Of a stretch of DNA of 64,000 nt, positions 54,601 to 64,000 are shown piece after piece. Source of the stretch: Camelus dromedarius. Its lineage: Eukaryota. Location: the NCBI RefSeq assembly GCF_036321535.1, contig NC_087448.1:8308001-8372000 (forward strand), written 5' to 3'. Positions within the stretch are counted from its first letter, which is position 1. Each line of letters begins with the position of its first letter. Below the pieces are notes generated by a model. That model searched no databases and was not told the DNA's origin. It saw only the letters and a list, made by a program, of their open reading frames with translations. Made by a program: the position numbers and the translations under genes.

Positions 54601-56993
54601 ATAAAAGCTTCGTGGATCAAAGTCTACACTTTCTGCTCCATCACTTTTTGGGTATATGACACTGAACACATTATTCTTTAAGCTTTTACTTTTTCACATC
54701 TAAAATATAGGTGAACACAGAATTTTCCTCATAGCATTGTGTGTATTGAATAATACACGAAAACAACCCAACTCTGGTCTTAATAGGCATTAAAAAAGTG
54801 ATATCCTATATAATATATGTGAAGTTGGCATATTAGCCTCTCCGTCAAAGACAAGGCTGCTTTAGACGCAGCCCCGCCTTAGCCCCTTGAGATTTGTTCT
54901 ATTTTTCCAGCCACAATAGTAATCAAGTAGCATTGCATTTTCAGATCTCCAATTACTCAGTTGTGCTTTTCTGCCTGATTGCTTTGACCATCTTAATGAA
55001 AGCAGCCAGCGACTAGGGGGCCCCTAATCAGTGGCTGAGCAGCTGACAGCGTTGACAGCCTAGACCCTGGAAGTGACTAGAAGGTGTAGATTTCTCCTTG
55101 CACATGAGTGCAACTGAGGGTTAAAGCCGTGGAAAATAACCACATTTTGCAAGAAATGCTAAAAATATTACAATTACAAAAAATAGTCATTATCATTCCC
55201 AGTCAAATAAAGCACCATCAGTTGAGGGCACTTCCTGGATAGGAAATCAGCATCGGGAAGGATGGTTAAAAACACAGGACAGCCGATGCCCAATTTCCCA
55301 GGGTCTTGCTGCCTTCCTTTCTCAGGCGACATCCCTCTCGTTACCCAGTGGCTGGGTGCTGAGGTAGGTTGGCTGAGTATGTTATTCACCAAAGCACAGC
55401 ACATTGAGGGAACAGGTTTTTCTACAAGAAAAAAAAAAATCATGTGATACATTCCAGCATAAAATCAGAACTTTTTAAAATCAGCGATTGTTCGTATCCT
55501 CTTTACTTGATTCCAAGCCACCGTGGAGGCCGGCTGCCCCCAGCCTGCACAGGGCTGTGGGATGCAGGAAAGTAACCGTGGGAGCACAAGGGAGACTTGA
55601 GAGAGGACTGGTCATGAAGAAAGGAGGAGCCCGCGTGGCGAAGGGACTCAGCATTTGTGCCCCGGAAATTGTTACCCTGGCTGTTTCTGGAACATGATCT
55701 TGACCCAGCCGTCCAGGGGGTGTAGTCTCTTGAGGGGATAGGATGTAAAACCGAGCACTGGTTTGATTGGCCCTGACTGTATCCTGGGCCCCTGCAGCCC
55801 ACTGTGAAACCCCTCTGAGGGGAGATGACATGGACCCGGGAAGATGGTTTCCTTCCCAAATCCCAAGAAGAGAACCCTGGAAGGGCAGAGGGACATTGAA
55901 GACAGTAGCATCCCGGGCTACTGAGTGACTACCTGGTGCGTGGACCCCACCCTGAAGGACCCCAGGGGCTTCCTGAGATAGCAGAAGCTGAAGGGACCCC
56001 TACTTGTGTCTTTCCACTGGCTCTCCGGGAGGTCTCACTGCCTCATTCGGCCACACTGCAACCCATTCTCCATTTGCAGTAAAATGGACCCTTCTAAGAT
56101 GTAAAATGTCTCATGACACGCTCCTATTTATCTTTTCCCTCAGGGTAACAAAGATTTTTAATTGGGTTTTCAGTATCATTTTTATCTCTGGCTCCTTTTA
56201 CCTCTTTGGGCTCGCATTTCAGGGTTTCCCTACACACACCTTTCAAAGGCAGAGGCGGCATCTGTCTTGCTCATTAAGTCCTCCTTATCTAGCACAATCC
56301 TTGCCACAGGGTAGCTAGTGAATAGGTGTTTGAATGAAGAGTGGATAACAATACTGGACCAAAACAAACCTCTGTATCAGGCTCAGGGTACCAGATCCCC
56401 CCTTCCACTGTTGCCCAGGGCTCCAGGACCTCCATCAGCCCTCATCACTGCCTTACCCTTTCCCATCAGCATGCCTGCAGGGTCTTATCCCCCTTACCAG
56501 ACTGCGAGCATCTTGAGGTTGGCAGCCCTATGCTCTCCTCTCCTGACACCTCCCAAAGCACATAGCACTGTGCCAGGGGGCTCTGTAGCATCGGAAAGTA
56601 GAGACAGGGAGGAGACAGCCAGCGGAGCCTCAGCATAAATCCCATGAGGTGGATGAGTAGAGTTTGAAGTGTTTTCAGTGGGGAAACAGAAAGAATGGCA
56701 TACTGATACAATTTAATAAAACAGCTTTGTCATCACAAGCCAATAACTTTCTCTTGTAATTTGGACCAGACGCACTGCTAAGTAGAAATAACAAGTAGGC
56801 TCAAATCCTGCTGGCAGGAGGCATCCTGCTGCCGTTCCTGTTTTGTTGGGACTAATAGGTTATATTATGAGGAGAACAGTTAGATGAGCTTTTCATGACG
56901 GAACAGCCCCTACAGGTCGTAAGACAGGTTAGCGTAGGCAAGAGCCTCCTGTCTTTCTGTAACAAAGACAGAAACAAATTGCATTTTCTCAGG

Positions 56994-57006
56994 GTTGCCT
57001 GGCAAA
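56994..57006. promoter_or_regulatory. X-box-like motif GTTGCCTGGCAAA
   Basis: One mismatch from GTTGCCTGGCAAC. Confidence 0.3.
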
Positions 57007-57704
57007 AGCTTACGTGCACAGTTTCACTTCAGTCTTGTTCTGTTTATGCCTCCGCTTAGTATCCAGAGTAACTTTCATCTGCATTACTAAAATGCATGCA
57101 GTAAACATCCACTGTAGACCTTTAACCAGCTCAATATCTTCGTTTCTTTTAATTTCCTACTCATATGATAATAAACAGGCCTCATTTGTTTTGTATATGT
57201 ACAAATGGGGATGGTTTTTATTCGTAAGTAATAATACACTACCATCCCTAACACAAAGTACTTGAAGTTTAATATTATTTATTTGATATAGGTTTTCTTA
57301 ATTTGCATCCTCTAAATGCTCATTACTTGCTCTATTGAATTTTCACTTATAAAATCATGTCCAAAGCAGTTATACAATATAAGCAGTCAATGCTATAAAA
57401 CACTTAATTACAAATTAATTTCCCTGCCTCCTCTCCCCACCAGAATGGCTAATCATGCTTTGAGTTGCATTGAAAGAAGTCCTGAGAAATTTGAAGAAAC
57501 AACTTGTTCCTTAATTTCTTTCAGTATTTGCCAGATGTAGTTAGAGAGTTTGACTACATTTTTTAATAAATGCAGGGTTCATTTTATCTTCAAAAGAATA
57601 ATTAGTTCAATTCATATTGCTGAAATCTTTATTAACTTTTAGTGTTTTATCTTCCATGTATTTAAATCTTTTATGACACTTCACAATTTATTTTCCCATT
57701 TTCC

Positions 57705-58291
57705 TGTATGGTAGGTGAATTCTTAGATGGGCCACCAAGATATCTGACCCTCTGCAGAATCTCTGCTCCTTGGGTTTGGGCAGGACTTGTGAATACAATA
57801 GTATTTCATTCCTGTGAGTAGATTGCTAATGAGGGAACTGGAGTCAGTCAAAAAGGAAGTTATCCTCGGGTGGGCCTGACCTAATCAGAGGGGCTGGGCC
57901 TTTTCTGAACAGAGAGATTCAAAGCAAGAGAGAGAGGGTCTCCTGTTGGCTTTGAAGAAGTAAGCTGCCATACTGAGAAGGGCCATGTGGCTAGGACGTG
58001 AGGGTGGCTTCTGGGGGCTGTAAGCAGCCCCCAGTGGACAGCTATCAAGAAACCAGGACCCTCAGTCCTACATCCACAGGAACTGAATTCTGATAACAAC
58101 CTGAATGTGAGTAGGAGACCCCCAAGCTCCAGATGAGATGGCAGCCCAGCCTATACCTTGATTTCAGCCTCTGAGACCCTGAGCAGAGAACCCGATTCTG
58201 CCATGCCCACAACTCTTAGCTACAGAAACTGGAAGATAATCAATGAGTGTTGTTTTGTTCATCTGTTACATAGAAGTAGAAGACTAATGCA
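57705..58291 (+). mobile_element. Near full-length MLT1 (MaLR) solo LTR, MLT1E/F-like
   Basis: tgtatggtaggtgaattct...gggtgggcctgacctaatcag...gctttgaagaagtaagctgccat...ggaactgaattctgataacaacctgaatg...ccttgatttcagcctctgagaccctgagcagagaaccc...agactaatgca. Confidence 0.85.
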
Positions 58292-58660
58292 CGCAGGTTT
58301 GGGATGTTTGTTTCTAATATTTTGTGCCTCCAAATAGTGCTGCTCTGAACATTACGCATTATTTTGTGTGTGTGTGAATTCTGCACATGTGAAAATATTT
58401 TTAAGGTGTGTAGCTAATAATGAAATTGCTGGGTCTTAGAGTAAAAATATCTTTAACTTTAATAGTGATAAACTTGCATTCTTAAGTTCTTTTTCCCATT
58501 TATCTGCTGTCAGCAGTACATGAGGAGCATGTTCTCTGCTTCACCACTCAGCAGCATTTGGTCTTGTCAGGCTTTGTTTTGCTTTAAACATTTAGCTCTT
58601 CATTTAACCTGAATTGATTTTTGTGGCTGCTGTGAGACGGGGAGCAGTCTCGTTCCCGTT
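58292..58660 (-). mobile_element. Old L1 remnant (antisense)
   Basis: aatagtgctgctctgaacatt...aatgaaattgctgggtc...gtcagcagtacatgaggag...cagcatttggtcttgtcagg. Confidence 0.65.
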
Positions 58661-61600
58661 TGTGTGACCCCTCATCACAGCACCATTTACTGACTAGCCA
58701 TCCCTTCCCCACGGTTCCACAGCACCAGCTCTATCGCAATGTGATTCCACGTGCGTGTGCCCAGGTCAGGTCACACAGGCGCCCTTTCCATCTCCTTTTG
58801 CCATTGAATTTTCTTCCTGGCCAGCCTCCAGTGAAACCCAATAAATATCCAGCTTTACTCAAGTATCTCACTTAGCAATCTCCACCTTTCAGGGGTCCTT
58901 GACTTTGCCCCTTGTGTGGGTGGCACGACATTAAAAGCTGAAGTCTAGCAGAGCTTGTAAGTCCCCCGGGGAAGGTGCCTTTTCCTGACTCAAGCTGCCT
59001 GTTCATTTTTGGTGTTGGCATTTCCATTTGTACTCCTGGGAGATTAACTAGGCCTTCTAAAGTGTTTGTTGCATCTTTGTCCAGAATTTCCTGTGGTTTT
59101 TAAATCATTTTTTCTCATATATGATCAGACACTGAGGTTCAGTAATAAATTTTTGAGACCCGCCCCCCGCAAAAAAGAAAGAAGAAAACCACTTTGTTAA
59201 CTATCTTTCGGGTAGATAGGTTTATTTTTTCCTATGGGCACAACCCGAAGCCAGGCATCCAGCGTCTGCCTTCGCCGTCTGCAGCCTCACATTTCTCTGC
59301 ATTTGTTTGCATTAGATATTATCTCCACTTTGATTCTTATTCCCTCAGATTTATACTCCCCTCATCTGCTACACCACTGAAAGCCATCTCCCACAAATAT
59401 TGGATACGTCCATTCACAATGAAGGCTAAATAGATCATGTGCCTGTTCTGTCGTTGTGTGTAATTCAGACAACGTGCTCTATGTGAAGGAGCTGTGCGGT
59501 GCCCACACGAACAAACGTGCCAGCTTTCACTGACAGCATATTTGAGAACGTAAGGATGAACTCAGCTTATCCCACAGGAGACACGTAAGAAAGAACTCAA
59601 GAAAGAAGGTGAAATGTGTTCCAATAGATGTATTGGGCGTAAATATCAAAGATATCCTGGAGTTACCTCGTTTGTGCTAAGCATTGTGCTTCCAGATACC
59701 GTTTCCTGTTAGCAAGAGAGGAAGAGATTGCTTCCAGGGAAGGCAGTCTGCAGGGCTTTATGAACTGTGGCCATCAGGGGTTTTGCTGAGGATTTGGGGA
59801 GCAGCCTCAGGGGAGATCCCCACATGAGGAAGACAGAATGAGTACATCAGAGAAGTGGAGGGTCAGGGCAGGAGGGATGGACTGAGGGGCTGCAGGGTCG
59901 GGCCGGAGCTGGACATCAGGTGTCTTCAGAGGTTGGGACTGAGTCGCGGGGGAGCCTTTGAAGGTGTTTACTCTCCCTCTGGTATGTTTCCTGGAGAAGA
60001 GTCGAAGAGCTATTTTGAGGAAGTTTACACTGAAAGAAATGTTATTTCTCTGAGGAGCCATTTTCATTGAACAAAACTCATTTTTATTGACCAAAGGCAA
60101 AAATTTACAATCAGTTGAGGCATTTCCAGCAACTTCAGGGTAGTAGAGAAGGTAATTTCTTATTTTTCCTGTGTGGCTCTTATTGTGCCAGGGCTTCTTG
60201 TAAAGTCAGGCCCTTCCAAGGCTTTAAGCCAAACTGTCATCTGTGCCTGGACGTGGTTCTGCAATAGAAACTAGCAATTTGGTTTAGATTTTAAAGAAAA
60301 GCAATGATACAGCTTAATGTAATCGCCTTCCCCCCCAAAAAACCTGTAAAATTAACTCTATTTCCTTTCCCTGATAGCATTTGAGATTTTTTTTTTTTGC
60401 CTCTATTTGAATTTATTTTTGTGGTGATTCATCAGTGGCACAGTGATAGAAGACTCCCCTGTGCTTTTCCACTTGGAGGGTGACTCCAATGCAGCATGAA
60501 TCACACGGCGATGGCCACGTTTTCCTGTGTGTTGATATCGTCAGCCACTGAACTGCAATAGTCAAGGAATTATTACCTGCATTGACTAATGATTCAGGAA
60601 TTACTACATCCCTTGAATAAAGCATCCTTCTGTTCCTACCTCTTATCCCAGAAGTGTACTTTTGGGGAGAGAACCTTTTTTTAACACCCCATCATATTTT
60701 GGTAGTTTTCTACCAATCATCTGATTTGCAGTTTTCCAACTAGCAGTTGCCCTGTTACATTTATATGATTTTAATAATCAATCCACTCCACTGCACCAAC
60801 TTCACAAATAAGAGAGAGTCGTTAATGAGGAATATTGATGTGTCTCCTTCACTTAAGATGAGCTTCAGTGACCATATTTTCACTGATGACAAGGTGACTA
60901 TATTTTAAATACTTTGTTGAGTCTTGCCTACAAAAAAATTACAGTCTATAGTCAGACATTTTAACTATCCTCTCATGGTTACATACAATTCCCCATCAGT
61001 AAAAACAGAACAATATTAAATGTTTTAAAGGATTATTAGGAAGGTTAAAGAATATAATATATGCAAATGCATTAACACTGTGTTGACAATGTAACAGGGA
61101 GTCAACAAGTAGTAACAGCTTGTGTTGTTCTTAAATGGTGTGGAAATCCAGCATCCTAGTATGAAACACTGAATTCCTAGCAATAATGACATGGCCCAAC
61201 ATAAAAGGGACCCTTGGTTAATGGGGCATTGACTGGGTAGTGAGTACTTAGTTTTCTGTATTGCACTGAAAGTTGGAAACTCAGCCCCTGTTCTGGTTTA
61301 GACTAGTCTTTTTCGTCAGCCCTTTGCAACTTTCAACAACAATGCAAAAAGTAAAAAATTATATTACAGAGACGTAAGATTACTGCCAGAATCTAAAATA
61401 GCTTATCATTTGCTCTTCCACATCTGGGACTAAACACAGGACAATTTGATGAGTGATGTATAGATTCCTTCTTTCCCCACTGCCTACCTCTGCAGAGGAC
61501 TCTCTCAAGCCTTCTCACATGTCTTCTCTATGAATCAGTGTCAGCACCTGAATATCCAGGAAACATGACGGGATAAGGTATATGTGTGCATGTGAGTGAG

Positions 61601-62070
61601 CAGCATGTAGCTGACAACATGTGTGTGCAGACGGGGCGTGAGGGGCCGAGGGGAGCTGTACCAGGCAAGCGCAAGTGGATGGGTTGCATCCTGTAATCAT
61701 CGTGCAGCACAAAAGGGGAAAACCAGTCCAGGTGGGGAATAGATGTAGAAAGAACCCTGGCAGCTGGTCAGGCTTAGGTCTGTAGTATCTCTTCTATTGT
61801 TTCTGTTGTTATTTTAGTTTTCCGTGTGCCATTAATTGAATTCAGAATCCCAGGAAAAAACAGTGAGCCAAGGACAGAAATCTCACCTCAATCCAACAGA
61901 AATATATGCTGGATACATTTCCTGAAGAAAAACTCTAGAAATTTGACAATAAAGTGTGCATATTATTATGAATGACCAAAAAGAGAATTCTACCAACAGT
62001 GTAGGCAAATGTCACACCTCCTGTCTTCTTGGAAAAGCCCTGTCATTTCTGATTGAAAAAAGGAAGTAAA

Positions 62071-62218
62071 GGGCGGGAGGGTACAGCTCAGTGGTAGAGC
62101 ACATGCTTAGCATGCACAAGGTTCTGGGTTTAATCCCCAGTACCTCCATTAAAATAAATAAAAACGTAGTTACCTCTCCCTGCCCAAACATAAAAAAAAA
62201 TTTTTTTAATTGTTTAAA
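62071..62218 (+). mobile_element. Vic-1-type camelid SINE, long form, perfect 16-bp TSD
   Basis: GGGCGGGAGGGTACAGCTCAGTGGTAGAGCACATGCTTAGCATGCACAAGGTTCTGGGTTTAATCCCCAGTACCTCC, A-rich spacer, gtagttacctctccc, tail. TSD gaaaaaaggaagtaaa at 62055-62070 and 62219-62234. Confidence 0.95.
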
Positions 62219-63374
62219 GAAAAAAGGAAGTAAAACCAATAGGAGGATTATGGAAGGGTACACCAAACAAAAAAAGAGGGAAGGGGACACTGTCTTTGAG
62301 CCTGAGGAAGGATGCATTTCTGCATTGTTCAACTAGATAAAAATCATTAAAGTAGTCTTAAATTGCTGCCAGTTCAACAGTATATGAAAAGACATGTTTA
62401 TTCTATTTTGCCTTATTCCAAAAAGAATATAACGTATCCAACAAGAATTACAGCCTGGTCAAATAAATTTAAGCAAGACTTAAAGACATTAATCTAAAGG
62501 AAGACAAAATCAAAATTACAGTGAAAACAAAAACGAAACCCAAACCACAAAAGTTCACCATGAGGACATCTGTGTTTCCTGGAGCAAAGATACACCTAAA
62601 TAGATAGACAAACAGTAGTTATGAGGTTAAAACAAACTAGTTCCTAGAGAAGCATAGTTATCTTTGGTTAAGTCTAGGACGACATTTCCCCAGAGGTCAT
62701 TATTACTAATAGTAATAATTACTGTATTTGAGAACTTTTTACATGTGAGGCCCTTCTAACAAGAACTTTTTATACATAGTTATAGGAAGAAAGAGGTACA
62801 CATATACACACACAGATATCCACATATTTCTAATGTAATCCCCCCAAACTACCCTATTAAGGAAGTATTTCCCCCACATTATAGGTGCGATAAAACAAAA
62901 AGCAGTGAGGAGTATCGCCACAAATCGGTGAGAACCAACAAGAAAATGTATAAGGCTACAGTAATTAAAAGAGTGTGATTTAGGGTTAACATACAGATAA
63001 ATGGGTAAACAGATACATTCACTGAAAAAACGTCTGACAAAGAAAGTAGCACAATGGATAATTTTTCCCCAGTTTTATTATGTAGAATTATTACGGTCCG
63101 ACTGCACATGCACATTATATTGCATATAAATACACATATACAGTATACTGACCATTTTTTTAGTTTTCATATATGTACTAATTATTGTTTCCAAGAACAG
63201 ATTAGATCTTTAGCTTTTTAAACTTAGTTATCAAAGGAATAAAGCCAACTACAAAATAAGAATCAACAGAATGCGGTAATCCATTCATAAAGGACAGTCA
63301 AGTGTTCTCACACTCATTCAAGAAATCAAAATAATAATTAGTTCATTTGTGTCCTTATTCTTATTGTTATTATT

Positions 63375-63444
63375 TTTTAGATTCTTCATATAAATAATGT
63401 CATATGGCATTTTTCTTTCTCTTTCCGGCCCACTTCACTTTGAA
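63375..63444 (-). mobile_element. Short L1 3' UTR fragment running into an N gap
   Basis: ttttttagattcttcatataaataatgtcatatggcatttttctttctctttc...cttcactt. Confidence 0.75.
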
Positions 63445-64000
63445 NNNNNNNNNNNNNNNNNNNNNNNNNNNNNNNNNNNNNNNNNNNNNNNNNNNNNNNN
63501 NNNNNNNNNNNNNNNNNNNNNNNNNNNNNNNNNNNNNNNNNNNNNNNNNNNNNNNNNNNNNNNNNNNNNNNNNNNNNNNNNNNNNNNNNNNNTTATTGTC
63601 AAAGAAGTCATGTTGGGAATATCAAAGCCCCCCCCCAATACTGTGTATCAAATAACTTACTGATAAATTAGAGCAAGGGTGTTTGAAGTTTGAAAATGTG
63701 GAAAGCAAAGAAAATACCATCTTTCATCTTGGACAGTCAGGGACTTTGTAGGCCTAAAGGAAGGATCAGTTTGAATTTTCAAACAAGTCAGAAATAACCA
63801 CCGTGAGTAATTTTTAAAAACAAAGGAACACATGAAGGTTCAACCTTAATTTGTAATGCGTGTCAGTAAGAACATGTCAGATGGACAAGGTGTGTGCATT
63901 AGTTTGGTTTTTGGTTGATGTGATGCTGAGTGCCAGCTCATAGTGCACGCGGCTCTGAACGTTTGTGTAACTTTTCTGTCAATCAGTGTTTCATTATATA

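Overview
Mammalian genomic DNA, almost certainly a camelid (three tRNA-Ala-derived Vic-1-type SINEs with clear target-site duplications), from a draft assembly with six N gaps. The whole window lies inside NALCN (sodium leak channel, + strand). It runs from late intron 7 to early intron 13 and contains six coding exons with GT-AG boundaries (exons 8-13 by human numbering, about aa 267-542: domain I pore loop with selectivity-filter E280, DI S6, the DI-II linker and DII S1-S5). The rest is intronic L1, L2, MIR, Vic-1, hAT/Tigger and LTR remnants plus microsatellites. No prokaryotic system, CRISPR array or second protein-coding gene is supported. The most interesting unexplained signals are: (1) a dispersed set of RFX X-box-like motifs, including a two-site cluster with a 14-bp palindrome in intron 9; (2) a cryptic exon in intron 10 that would be either a poison exon or an in-frame 35-aa insert depending on the acceptor; (3) a recursive-splice-like CAG|GTGAGA site; (4) an in-frame internal donor in exon 9 with the same intron-side heptamer as the true donor; (5) four apparent amino-acid changes clustered in CpG-rich exon 11. 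These are hypotheses from reading the sequence. Repeat names, residue numbering and the human comparison are from memory and need database confirmation, and most repeat boundaries are approximate.
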